NCBI GenBank assembly: GCA_965644295.1 | Contig: CBFFRP010000378.1 | Coordinates: forward strand, 62,001-126,000 | Origin: Paraphysomonas bandaiensis | Taxonomy: Eukaryota > Protista > Chrysophyceae | DNA length: 64,000 bases | Direction: 5' to 3' | Part shown: positions 1 through 12,481 of the stretch, piece after piece | How the letters are laid out: the number at the start of each line of letters is the position of its first letter | How positions within the stretch are numbered: the stretch's first letter is position 1 | The notes under the pieces: generated by a model | Databases searched by the model: none | Seen by the model: only the letters and a program-made list of their open reading frames with translations | Told to the model about the DNA's origin: nothing | Translations under genes and position numbers: made by a program

Positions 1-114
1 CTTGAAAAGACTTCTAAGAGTATTCTGTCCCACTTCTTGTCAGTACAAAACTGGGAAGAATGTTCTGCATCTCAGCTCAGTGAATTGAAGTCTCTACTCC
101 AGCAATACAAATAG
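1..114 (+). CDS. Possible 3' end of a gene entering from the left edge (LEKTSKSILSHFLSVQNWEECSASQLSELKSLLQQYK*)
   Basis: Frame 1 is open from base 1 to TAG at 112-114 with protein-like composition. No recognisable motif. Confidence 0.3.
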   Translation, partial: LEKTSKSILSHFLSVQNWEECSASQLSELKSLLQQYK

Positions 115-369
115 CCGAAAGATTGCGCTTGCTATCTGCACCATATATGTACATTGAAATCGTATGCGTCGAAGCAGAAGCTTTATGGGTATAGCCGCTT
201 CGTATTTTTTTTATAATCTTTTATTTCTGTGCTGACAGATTAACGTGGTAGCTAGATAGACTACCACCTCCATTACCACTATATTGCTCTTTATTATGAC
301 TATATAGTGAACATATTCGATTTTATTATTTCATTCATACTGGGGTCTGTGTATATATCAATTTTTGAA

Positions 370-660
370 TTTTTTCGTATATTATTCAATAAATTAGTAT
401 TGTATCTCTATAGTAGGGTAAAGTAGTGAATCTTTGTAAGCCTACTCTTGAGAATCAATCATATATATATATAAATGTCTGTTTCTTTAGCAATAAGCGT
501 TCGAGAGTCAGGACCAGATTAGTAGCTAGATGAAAACTAGTCAAGCTAAATATGCATTTACTAACTATTGTAAACTCTAATACCTTACTATTTACTATGT
601 AACGCTACGAGAATTGCTTGTGCGTCGCCGCAAGCACCAAGATGCGACCATCATTCTTGC
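370..660 (-). mobile_element. Probable 3'-UTR relic of a non-LTR retroelement
   Basis: Reverse complement of 615-652 matches 28590-28627 (just after the LINE-like ORF stop) at 30/38 nt, followed by an AT-rich tail. Boundaries are approximate. Confidence 0.4.
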
Positions 661-1095
661 TATAGTCAAAGATGTGTATGTAGGGTACCTTGCAGCATGA
701 CTAGTGAAAGCAGTGATCTAAGTCTACTACAACCACACTGGAGCGCTTAATAAGACTACACTTTATTATACTTTTATTAATTTTATCAGGTCAGAGGAGC
801 TCGAGTTCATCAGTTTTTATTGAATATTAAGATAATTTTATGCACAGCGACTACGCAGGCACGAAGTGAAACGTATAAAATTATATTTATTCCCGAAACG
901 GATAATTTCGCTTCATACTAAGTATTTATAAAATTCATAAGGAACACCAATATCGATTCGATAGTGTTCATAAAACGACTCAACAATCATCAAGCATTAA
1001 AAAATTCAACCAAACAATCCAAGCAATAAAAATGAATTTATTACAGAGATAATATATATCGCCACTCGATATTATTAAACACCGCTGCGTAATCG

Positions 1096-2415
1096 TTATC
1101 GCATCTCGCCCTTAGTGAAGTAGGAATATACGGTCTCGGCAACCACTCCTGCCCCAGGAATTATCACTTTGGGGTTATCCCAAACCCACTTCATAGTGTT
1201 AGTTATAGGAAACCGTCGAGACGGGGACACTCCACCTTCATTAGGATCAAAAGCCTGCTTCAGCGTAACGAGTGATGCGCCAGATCCAATCAAGGTAGTC
1301 CAAACGGTTGGGTCACCTATAATGGGTTGGTTTGCATCTTGTTCAGATCTTAGGAGACTAACAAACTGGCGATTCATATTCCCCAAACTCTTTATATTCA
1401 GTACTCGTTCCATATTTCTGTAGTCTATCTGTACTGGCCTGAAACGGCCACGAGAACGATGCGATAGACTCAGACGCCGCAGCATTTCGTAAATGCTCAT
1501 AGTTTCTGGCCCAACAGCATCATATATTCGTAGAGTATAGTCGCGTATAGCGGGCGCATTGATATGTTTGGTATTGTATTGAATAGGTCGAATTGATGGC
1601 TCGGTGAGACCTAAAAAGGCAATACGTTCAGCGGCATCATTAACTTCATGCGGTTGGAGAGGAGCCGTACCACTCCCCATTATAGGAGTCAATGGCAGTC
1701 GACACAGATCGGAAAGATTGAGATCACTTCCTCTTTGGCCTACTAGACCATCATGCTTGCTGTACAATAGACCCAGGACAGTGATTGTCACGGGAAGTGC
1801 CATGTTAGATATGGCGAAGTCGGCCATAGCCTTGGCACGTGCGTACGGCACTTGTCCAGCCCTTTCAGCATTGATAGCCTGAGTAGAAGACTGTATCCAG
1901 TGTCCGAACTCCAGTTCTTCACAGGCTTTACATGCTGCCAAGGGAGCTCGATAATTAACATCCATGAGAGCATCGTACTTTCCTTGTTGAGGTCCTGCAA
2001 CAGCAGCAAGGTTTATAAATACAGTATCTGGACCTCTAAGACCAAGACTTCCAAGATGATTCCGCCAAATATCTACATCATGTTGTGCATAATAATCTAC
2101 ACGACTAGCTCGAACAGTTTTCATTCGTTCTATACCATATAATTTTGATAATCTTTGCATAAGTGTACCTGGACTTGATGATAAGAGAACGACCTCTCCT
2201 GGCTCCTCTTTATAATCCAACCGTAATTGATGTATTTCAAGAATACAGTTTAATACTCTACTTCCAAGAAATCCTGAAGGGCCACTAAGTACAATAGTTT
2301 TAGGATGTGAAGTTAAAAGAAGTTCAAGTGCATGTGATATAAGTGATTGATGTTGATATTTACGAAGATTATGAAGTGAATAAGAAGAAGTTGATAGTAT
2401 TTTTTTATATGGCAT
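1096..2415 (-). CDS. NAD(P)-dependent epimerase/dehydratase-like extended SDR (NDUFA9-like fold)
   Basis: Rossmann motif SGPSGFLGSRV, INLAA, SS..A and YARAK (YxxxK), GSGTAPLQP and YDAVGPE segments typical of atypical/extended SDRs. Intronless 439 aa. Confidence 0.85.
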   Translation of the reverse strand: MPYKKILSTSSYSLHNLRKYQHQSLISHALELLLTSHPKTIVLSGPSGFLGSRVLNCILEIHQLRLDYKEEPGEVVLLSSSPGTLMQRLSKLYGIERMKTVRASRVDYYAQHDVDIWRNHLGSLGLRGPDTVFINLAAVAGPQQGKYDALMDVNYRAPLAACKACEELEFGHWIQSSTQAINAERAGQVPYARAKAMADFAISNMALPVTITVLGLLYSKHDGLVGQRGSDLNLSDLCRLPLTPIMGSGTAPLQPHEVNDAAERIAFLGLTEPSIRPIQYNTKHINAPAIRDYTLRIYDAVGPETMSIYEMLRRLSLSHRSRGRFRPVQIDYRNMERVLNIKSLGNMNRQFVSLLRSEQDANQPIIGDPTVWTTLIGSGASLVTLKQAFDPNEGGVSPSRRFPITNTMKWVWDNPKVIIPGAGVVAETVYSYFTKGEMR

Positions 2416-3004
2416 TATTATGTATGTATATATGTATGTATGATTATGAAGTGATTGATGGATGATTGTAGAAGTTAATGAATAGATTTAGATGGATATG
2501 TGAATTTGCTAGGAGGATGTCGATATGAGGATATGAAGATATGATTCTGTTGAGCTGACGTGTGATGGCTTTGTAGTTATGTGACTTGTTCGTTCGTAGA
2601 ATTCTTTATTTGGGGACTATAAAAATCAGTTAACTTCTAAAAAATATGTTTTTTTGGATGTTTTGGGATAGATATTAGGATATTTTGATTTTTGAGGTGT
2701 GTTATTGTGGGAATTAGGATATACAAAGTAGAAAAAAAAGATACCATCAATATTACCGATACACGGATTACTGTCCGTATATATCTATCCGATAAAGTCA
2801 GACTAACAAACAAAGAAAATACTAAGAAATTTATATCAATGGTGCTGAATGGACATGGAAATACACAACACGATCAACTGTCTATGTATATGTATGTATA
2901 TGTATGTATATGTATGTATAAGTGAGCAGATCTCTTGATGTAATTCCAGTGCACACACACACATACATACATACATCAATAACTCCCATATTATAATATT
3001 AAAG

Positions 3005-5016
3005 ATGGAACTTCAAGCTACTATTGATCCTGAAAATCATCCTCCAACAATGCTTGGTAATGATTACTCTCCTGTGACCCAAGAAGCAGGAGATACTCCT
3101 GGTAAGAGCTCTATGTTTGATCTACGAGCCAGTCAAGATATATCATGGAATAGTGTTAATTTCACTGTACAAAACAAATCGAAATATATTTTAAGAGATT
3201 GTTGGGGATCAGTAGAATCAGGCAATGTATGTGCTATACTGGGACCCTCTGGAAGTGGGAAGAGCTCCTTACTGAATGTGATTGGTGGACGACAATCATC
3301 CGGTCCATCAATTGATGTATCTGGAAAATTTTATGTTAATGGAAAATCAATTGATCCTATGAAATTTCGTAAGAATATTGCTTATGTGATGCAAGATGAT
3401 GCTCTGATGGCCACTGCTACACCGAGAGAGGCACTTCAGTTCTCTGCTGCATTGAGGCTGCCAAAGCAATCGTTCTCAGACATCAACGACCGTGTAGCGC
3501 AAACCCTTTCAGCTCTAGGAATAGCGGAGTGTGCTGATACAGTTATTGGGAATGCCTTAATCAAGGGCATCTCCGGAGGACAGCGGAAGAGGACAAGTGT
3601 GGGAATAGAGCTCATCACTAACCCATCCTTATTGCTCCTTGATGAGCCTACTAGGTATGCAATGTATATAAATCCGAATAACTATTATGTGTTTGCTGGT
3701 GTTTGCTATTACGAGTATTTATGGATATGAATATCTAATACTGTGTTTGCAGCGGCCTAGACTCTTATACTGCATTCCAATTGATACACCTGTTACAAAA
3801 GATTGCCGCGAGCAATGCCACCGTTCTCTGCACTATCCACCAGCCATCCTCAGAGGTGTTTCATTTATTTGACCAGGCAATTTTTCTGGCATCAGGTAGA
3901 ATACTGTACAATGGGCCAGTGAAGAGTATTGTATCACACTTCAGCGCGAAGGGTTACACATGCCCCCAGAACTACAACCCTTCGGACTATGTGATGTACC
4001 TCAGTCAGACTGAGCCACTTGAAAGGCTTGAAAAGGCTGGAATAATCAAAGGGTATGAAAATACTGACGGCTCGCCCAATACTTCCTCTGATGACAAAGA
4101 AGCTTCTGCGCTTGAGAATGGTAACCCCGCTTCTCCGGAGAAGCCTCGTTCCGATGCCGAAAACGATGTAATTGGGCATAGTCGAGCAGATTATTTAACA
4201 CAACTGATGTGGCTAATGCTTCGCGAAGGCAGAAATACTTTCCGCAACGTTCCTGCTCTCATTGGACGATTCGGTGTAACAATCGTGCTCAGCATTATAG
4301 TTGGTCTCATCTTTTACAAGGCAGGTGGGGAGGACGATTCGGTGGAGGATAATTTCAGTGCACATGCTGGTCTAATGACTTTCGCAATGATCGATGGCAT
4401 GTTTATGCAGGCCCAACCTGCACTGCTAGAGTTTCCAAATGAACGGCCCATGTTTCTCAGGGAGTATTCGACGGGCACGTACAGTGCAGCTGTGTACTGC
4501 CTCGGCAAGGTCTGCTTAGAAGTTCCTTTGGCGCTTGTACAGTGTTGCATCCAAATGGCCATACTTTATAACATGGGACACTTACAAGGTGACTTTATAG
4601 TGCTTATGATGTGCTCCTTTGGTGTGGGGATGGTCAGTGCATCTGTAAGCATTCTTGTTGGAAGTGTAGTGACTGACCCGAAGCAAGCCTTAGAGATCAT
4701 GCCAATCATATTAGTCCCGCAGATTTTATTTGCTGGTTTCTTTATTCGCACATCACAAATTCCTATTTTCTTGAGGTGGGCACAATATGCTTGCGGACTC
4801 AAATACGCGATTAACATTTTTGCCATAAATGAATTTGCTTCCTATCGTGATTCGTGCGATGGTATGGCAGCTGAGAATTGTATGGGTTATAAAGACAACA
4901 ACGGAATTAACCCTGAGGATTGGTATATCTACGTCATTATTCTAGGTTCACTCTTCGTTGGTCTGAGAACAGTGGCCATGTTTATGTTGTCGAAAAGGGC
5001 GAAGAGATTTTACTAA
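3005..5016 (+). CDS. ABCG (White-type) half-transporter; exons 3005-3654 and 3753-5016
   Basis: Walker A GPSGSGKS, signature ISGGQRKR, Walker B LLLDEP. Splicing GT..AG intron 3655-3752 restores DEPTSGLDS, then TIHQPS, NPSDY and a C-terminal ABC2 membrane domain (ERPMFLRE). Confidence 0.96.
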
Positions 5017-5934
5017 ATACCTATATTCTCTAGTGGAGGCAGCAATGTCAGAGCAGTATAATTGCTGTTAGGACAATTGCATTACGTTACATCACCTAGG
5101 TTGCTTGTTAATATATTTTGCTACCACATCGAAAGAAATGTAATCGTTGCCTAGCAACCAATTAGCATAATAAATTTTGTATTAATAGAATTGAAATTCA
5201 TAGAATTTTCTGCCTTGTGTATTAGCAACATGATCTATATTCTTTCCCTCTGAGGTGATTAGGCAATGCATTATGTAATGCACTGCAATATAGAGAACAA
5301 TTTACGAATATCATCGATGAATGGCCAGTAAAGTTGTCGAAACGCTGAAAATATAAAGCATTGAATATGAGACTATGAAACATGATCCTGGTACATTGTT
5401 TAATAACTTAAAAGAAGAGAGCTTGTGTAGACTCATCTGGACTTGAGCAGGAATCTGAGTTTTGTAGTTGCCATCTTTAGTGCTGGGAAGTTGACCATCT
5501 AAAGGAGTTTTCATAGAAAATAAGTGATATAGTGCTAATTTTGTGTACGCCGCGATTTTACCATCATCAATCAATAATGATTTTAGACAGTCATAATATT
5601 GAATAATCCAAGTACTTCATAGGGTTTTATTGAATTTATATAATACTGTCTATTACTATCGTATTCTTTACCAACGGTTACTTCGAAATTCGAAAGACTT
5701 ATACTTCCGATTTTAATTGCTTACCAATAAGCAAAATCAACATATACTCAACTCAAAATTGAAATGGCATTAAATTGAAAAAGGAAATCAACAGTCTACT
5801 AACTTGTAACAAACAATAACAAAGATAAAACTATCTGGAAAGTGTATAATATACTACAACTTCTACCGCAGGGATACAAATATAACTTCTTCCAATGTCA
5901 TCAGAATGCACACATCAAAACCTAATTTTATAGG

Positions 5935-8277
5935 TTAAAGCTCCCAAGCACTAAGTATATTTGTGCCACATCGATAAGGAAAGTGTTGTCCTCTTCTGAG
6001 ACTGTATCCAAATGGTCTTAATCGTTGCTCAATTCTGCCCAGAGCCGTTCTGTTTTGCAAACTAAATCTCTTGTACGCCAGATCAAAACCATATAGTCGT
6101 CTAATACTTGTCTCGTACACTAATGCAGGATCAAAAAAATCAGAAGATGCACCAATCCCCATTCTATACTGCTCTAGATTTAGCAGTCTCTTGCCAGTTT
6201 CCACAGAACCTCTGATAGTTGTTGCCGTTCTAGTTGACGCTTTCTGCTCTCTGGAAGGTCTTTGAAGCCTATAGCTATACACTGCCTCTCCGAAAATGGA
6301 TTCATCTATATACAAATGTAAAATGCTTCAATATTGCGAGGTGGGTAGTTTCTCCCTATACAAATAAGCGCTAGCTATACGTAGCCTCGTAAAATGAATG
6401 GTACTACCTCCGCATTCCACTTTCGAATTGAAGGGGTTCAAGGACTGTAGACCTTTCATTAAAGACCAATGAAGGAATCCGAAAGTCGACGTATATGATG
6501 ATATACTGGGAAACAGCTCTTGACACACCTACAAATCGTGTGAACAGAATGACTGAGTATGTACCAGCTGTATATTGTCAGCAAACTACTGGGGAGTCTT
6601 ACTATCCCACCTTCTTTGCATGTGTCTTCGACGGCGACGACGATGCAAACTGTATAAGCTTCACGCATACGTTAAAACCTTTGTCAATGAAATCCTCATA
6701 TCTCACTGCAACGACCAAATATATCGTGATGATTCAATTTGCAGAGAACAATTGCGCAATATGTACCTATTCGTATATGCCGCTCACTGAATGTCCAGTT
6801 CGACTGTAGACATTTAGTCAAATATGATTACATTCATTTCCAAATCACGTTGATAAAAGAGCTTATATAGATGCTATATCGCACTTACGCTCAGAAATCC
6901 GTGCAGAGTCTCCATAGTGGACAGCCAACTAAGTCCTTTTCCAGCGGTATTGGCGCAGCTGTAGCATCGAAGTTAGAAGTATCGGTAAATGTACACATAC
7001 TACGTGGTTACGATTATAACACAGCAGTGGCTGCCATCTCAAATATACAACAAATACGAGAAAAAAATATATCATATTGATGGGAAAGTCTGGCAAGCAA
7101 AGTAATACCTATGAGGAGAAGTAGGTTTGCGGTCAGATGGTAGCTTCTTCCCAATATAATCAAGATCATTGCGTTCCATCATGTTGACGAAATGCGTGAC
7201 AGATTTCCATAGAGGCATCCTGACATGAACATCGCCCATATTACGTTTCCTGTGTGCATATACAATTTCAGATTGCCGTATATATCGTTAGATCATAAGG
7301 CCAATATTAGCACAATACTTTCCATCATAAATAATGATACGAATATACGCACTTGTGAAGAGTGTAATCTCCTTTTTCTGCATGCGTCATCCATGTGGCA
7401 CCTCTTGGAAGGGCATTGCTAATACTGCTGGGGTGCTTCATATTTAAAATGAACATAAAATAATATATGAGCATTACAAATAAAAAAGCATTGATTTTCT
7501 ATCAACGTGAACAAAAGAAGGATGTCAATGAGAGTAAGAAACTACTCTTCTGATAATCTACTTGTATAATTGATGATATGACGTGTGTTGTAACCTTAAT
7601 CACGATTATATACTTCTTTTCTCCTGCAGCATCGAACGCATGATGCAAAAATGGGATCTTGAGGAGGTCGGCGGGAGACTTCTGTACTAGCATACTCTTG
7701 TTCATATCCCACAACTGTGACCACTACATTCAAAAACATATCAAATTGTTGGTTGTATCGATACACTATCTCACTTCAGAGACAAGAGAGGAATAAGAGT
7801 CTACTTGGTGTGAACGCCGTAGAGAGCAGTAAACGCCTGGTCGATATACTTTTGATACTTTCTCTATGCCGCATATGACTGTAAACACACCCAGTTGCAT
7901 GATATACATATACACTACCAGATAGCTTCCATTGTCCCTTAAAGTGCAGATTAACACACAACTGCACCACAAGTGGGGACTTACCTCATAATTAAAGCGT
8001 CTACACTGTTCTCCACATGTGGGAAAAAATGTGGATGCATCCGTAACATATTTAAATATTTCATGTACTACACTGTTATATATATGCTTAGTATGTATGT
8101 ATGTATGTATGTATGTATGTATGTATGTATGTATGTATGTATGTATGTATGTATGTATGTATGTATGTACCTTGTGCCAGAGTGAGGCCAGCCTGATATA
8201 TCAACAAATGTATGATTAGAGAGAAGGGATTGAATTGTGATGATTAAGGTGAAGAGGAGAAGTTCTCTGAGATACAT
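5935..8277 (-). CDS. Multi-exon secretory/Golgi-type sulfotransferase family protein
   Basis: Signal/anchor MYLRELLLFTLIITIQ, then GWPHSGT|SVVHEIF across the ATAC-filled intron (5'-PSB-like GxPxSGT), NYE|GQW, WSQLWDMNKSMLVQKSP, YIIVIK|HP and VRYEDF. About 9-10 exons; internal and 3' boundaries are only partly resolved. Confidence 0.75.
8091..8169. repeat. (GTAT)n/(ATAC)n microsatellite inside intron 1 of the sulfotransferase gene
   Basis: About 19-20 perfect tetranucleotide units beginning at the intron donor. Confidence 0.95.
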
Positions 8278-8738
8278 TATAGTGTATGTGGTGGTGTATT
8301 GGGGTAATTATTAAGATATGAGTATGTGGTGTGGTTATATATGGACTTGTCTGTAGGAGTCTCTCTCTCTATATATACACATACGATACTACGACATTTT
8401 GTGATTGGATAATCAAAACCCCCATTATTTTAATTTTTAATCTGATAATATTAAAATATTCCACTTTTATGTTCGAAATACTCCAATATTTCTCTAAATT
8501 GTACACCATAATTGAACGCTTATTAACCAATGATTCAGTAGAGTAGGCATATTATTGGACACTCTCACCCTGATACCTTTAGCAGTATGGTATACGAGTA
8601 GCTTGTATCTTGTACATCTGCAGTGCAGTGTATGTACGAGTACGTCGTATATAGCTATGCACTCTGCACTGCACCGTAACACATACATACATAGCTATGC
8701 ACTCTACATATATACAACCAAGCCATCTCATTCATACA

Positions 8739-9311
8739 ATGCCAATAATGAAACAAGAAGACACAATGGACATCGCAGTAGACCGTGATGTTGATAGCAT
8801 GTTAATGGGAAAGAAGCCAAGTCAATCAATGGCAATGACCGATGAGCGTATATCTGCTATAGAGAAGAGGTTAGCTCAGCGGATAGATGCAGGTCATGCA
8901 GCTCCATCACGATGTGCCCATGCTATGTGCTTATCTGCTGCTAATGGCTATGAGCCAATAGTGAGAATGCTATCAGCCAGACCCTCCAGTACCTTCAACA
9001 AAGCTTACTCTTTCAATGAGCCACTGATGAGAGCCATTAGATCATGGATCAAAGCTAGTACGAATGAAACACTTCGAAAACGGTGTGCAAAGTGTGCAGA
9101 ACTCTTAGTGCGGGCTGGTGCAGACATGAATGCTCCTGACAAATACTTGAAGTCGAAGCTCAGTGCAGCTGACAGACTTAACCAGGATGGATCTCCTTGC
9201 GCACTTTCATTGCTGACTTACTTGTTGTCTTTGCAGTCAGTGGATAAAGATTCCGCTGAGAATAAGCATGTGGGAGATGCTCCTTCCAAAAAACGACGTA
9301 GAGTGAAGTAA
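8739..9311 (+). CDS. Small protein with degenerate ankyrin-like repeats and a C-terminal NLS
   Basis: AMCLSAANGYEPIVRML and CAELLVRAGADMNAPD resemble ankyrin repeats; ends PSKKRRRVK. Start could be 8697, 8739 or 8748. Confidence 0.65.
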   Translation: MPIMKQEDTMDIAVDRDVDSMLMGKKPSQSMAMTDERISAIEKRLAQRIDAGHAAPSRCAHAMCLSAANGYEPIVRMLSARPSSTFNKAYSFNEPLMRAIRSWIKASTNETLRKRCAKCAELLVRAGADMNAPDKYLKSKLSAADRLNQDGSPCALSLLTYLLSLQSVDKDSAENKHVGDAPSKKRRRVK

Positions 9312-9665
9312 CTAAGTTCTTCTACTGTACGCAGTACCAACTGTAGTGAAAAAAGTTATGCTAATACGTTGATACGATATAGTTGCTGCTACGTAGCTAT
9401 TGAATGTTCTATGTAACCACTGTGTTCGCCACAGTGCTACTTTACTGTGATGTATATTTTTATTTTCTTATTTCGATTGCACTTAATTTAACAGACAGCA
9501 ATTTAGTACCACGCACATACAGTGTTCTTGAAATCACGAACGCGACAAAAATCAGTACATCCTTACGCACCACACAACTAAACAGAATACACGCGAAGTA
9601 TAATAACGATTCCACCACAAGCACTAAGTAAAGCAATAGCTTTAACTTCAACTATACTCTAAACA

Positions 9666-11993
9666 CTAGCTAAGCGATCCAAGCATACCCCCAAACAGCA
9701 CAGCATTAATCATTGAAGTTATTTGCTCGACGGGGTCGTTTTGGCCTGAGAAAGAATGAATTTTATTTGGGGAAAATTTCTTTCTGATTGTTCTGCCAAT
9801 CTGTGTGTTTGTATTAGGAAGAGCATCAAAAACTGAAAAAGGCCTTCCGAAATCGAATTCTTGAGTAGATGACATCTGGGGCTTTTGAGAAAATCCGTTG
9901 GCTTTCATTTCACGCAACAGTTCGTCAAGCAGCTGGTCGTAAGTTGGACAGGGGTTAGTTTGAAGTGCTGCTACGAAAGCAGTTGTCATTGCTCCCCCAG
10001 GAGCAGAGAATGCGGATTGAACGTCACAGGAAGTAGTTCCATCTTCGCAGCCACTAAACAACACAACGTCACCGAGAGAATGGTAGGGGTTCGTTTCCTC
10101 TTCGAATAGACGTCGACTCGGGTTCCATGTATACGGTAGATCCAAACCTGTTGTCGTAAAACTTATATAAAAAGATACATCAATTTACTAGATTAAATCA
10201 TACAGACACACAATGTATCAGTCAGACACACATATTCATTTCGGGTGGCATTCAAGGTGTTAATGTCGGTACCAGTGCCAGAGTGGCAAGAGTCCATAAC
10301 AGCTGTCAATCTGACTCCATCTGGTAGGGTCTGTACCAATATCGCACTGATCTCATCATCAGTAATCATCCCTTCTCTTCTAAAGTCAACTACGTAACAG
10401 CAACACGTCAGCATACATACAATCGCTAAAGCCATCACCAAATGAATGTATATCACCAAAACATGTGCATTCCGCATTGCATAAGTCCAGCACAACTCGT
10501 CGACCAAGTCTGTTATTTCTAACCAGTACGTAACAAGAAATACTAGGAATACCTGGTAATATTGTCTCATTCATCCCATCTTCTTCAATACCATGAGGAT
10601 CTTCCTGCTGTGAACCATGTCCAGAATAATGAAAAAATAATGCATCTCCAGGTTTCACATCATGTGCAAGCCAGTGCATGCCTTCTATAATATTCTTTCT
10701 CGTCGGTGCACGGTGACCAGCAATAGAACGTTCATCCGTAAGCACTCGCATATTCATCTCTCCGGTGGGCCAATTAAACGTCCGTGTAAGCAAGGAGTGC
10801 ATTGAGATAACATCATTAACGCACCCACGTAAGGCACCCTGTTGGCCAGTATAGTTAATACCGATGAGTAAAGCACGGTATACAGGACGACGGGGAGGGT
10901 GAGTTGGGCCAAGCGGTGGGGCTGAAATTGGAGGGTGAAGATTACTGGGTGGACGGTAGCCAGATGATGACGATGCCTGTGTCGCAGAATTAATGGTTGG
11001 AGCAGGTAGGTTCGCCGAATGGCTAGTTGTATATCCTGCAGGTACGGATGGAAAACAAGGTGGCACGGGTGGGGAATTAGGTGGTCCGGGCGCCACGGCA
11101 GCATGGACTAGTGTTGGTTGGGACTGATTATACAACGGAACGTGAGATGAAGAGTGCGAAGGTTGTATTTGTGGTGGTGCAGGGTGTGCGTTGGGAGTGG
11201 TGGAAGGGTTTAAGGGAATATCGTTGTATACTCCGCAACTCGTGCAGCACTGTGAACGACACGACGAAGAAGGCAATAGCATACCACATCGTCCGCACAA
11301 GTACCGTGTTATGTGGGCTTGTTGTTGATGTGTGTGTGCATGACTCGGGGAGGGAAGTACTACGGGTTTAGCACTAACAGGTATTCTTGTCTGGGGCTGG
11401 GCCCTGAGTTTTATAAGCGCCGCATCTCTATCTCCCCCACATGACACAAGAGTGTCGTGGATGACTTGCCGAGGTACACCAGGTAAAACTCCATGCAGTT
11501 CATTTACATTCAGATATATTGGAACCATATACTCGATAATAGTGTCACCAAGACCATCAGCCTCTGCAAACACTTCTCCAGATATGCGCATATCACCAGG
11601 AACAAAATTTGGCCATATGTTTTTAATCGACTCATTAAAATCAATTGTTTTCAAGTCTCCTCCAAATGTTTGTTCTAATGCTAAAGCAACATCCTCTTTA
11701 GTCAGACCATGATTATACGGATCAAAATACTGAAACCAATTGAGCTTATTAGATTTTAAGTTCGGAGGTTTCGATGAGAGTAATAAGTCAACAGCTGCAT
11801 AAGCATCCCCATTAGATCTTTGTAATGCTGCTTTAATCTGTATGTATGAGAGGAATGAGAGGAATGAGAAGATATGAATGAGCTACCTGATTAGAGGTAT
11901 GTAGAGGCAGTATGCTCTGGATATGAATGTATATGTATATGAGGATAGTTGGATGTGATGAGATAAACGTACCTTAACAAACCCTTCAGCCAT
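9666..11993 (-). CDS. Type I-like metacaspase (peptidase C14) with N-terminal CUE-like, EF-hand-like, CUE-like, C4 Zn-finger and Pro-rich regions; 5 exons
   Basis: RALLIGINY..LRGCVND, catalytic FHYSGHG and MDSCHSG, p10 region VVLFSGCED..TSCD, GGAMTTAF, QKPQMSS. Upstream exons MAEGFVK|SILPLHTSNQ|IKAALQRSNGDAYAAVDLLL are joined by GT-AG introns and read in frame into ORF 10386..11654. Confidence 0.93.
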
Positions 11994-12481
11994 TATGTAT
12001 ATATATGGTTAAGATGTGGATCATATGAGCATATGGACACTGCTGCCTGTATATATATGCATAGTGGGAGATACATACAGTACATACACATACGTATGTA
12101 TGTACTTTGTACACACCAGCAGCCTGCAGGAGAAGAAATTCTTAAAAAGTCAACTTCGGTCTCCAGCGCATACTGCTGCTGTATATACTGTACCCGTGTA
12201 TGTAGAGGACTTTTCTGGAAGCAGTTACCTCTAACTTTAAAAACTGCCAATTTCTATTAAAAATCTGACCTTAAAAACCTACAACGAATTTTATGAGGAT
12301 CACAAAATCCAGTATTTACGATATTTGCTGTGTATATATATCCGGATATCTAGATATCCTGCAATAACCGTCCTCTCATCTCGTCAATTGCAACTCAGCA
12401 TAGCATTGCAAAGTATATCAGACCATACAGTTTATATATCACTTGTAGATATATGGGTAATCTCTGTGTAAAGACAACCTA

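Noticed and set aside
115-205. Possible fourth copy of the retroelement 3' motif or a small ncRNA
   Set aside because: Similarity is too loose, the TGCTTG/CAAGCA stem is absent, and it matches no snRNA I recognise.
5311-5574. 87-aa minus-strand ORF
   Set aside because: Non-ATG start, no motif, no linkable exons.
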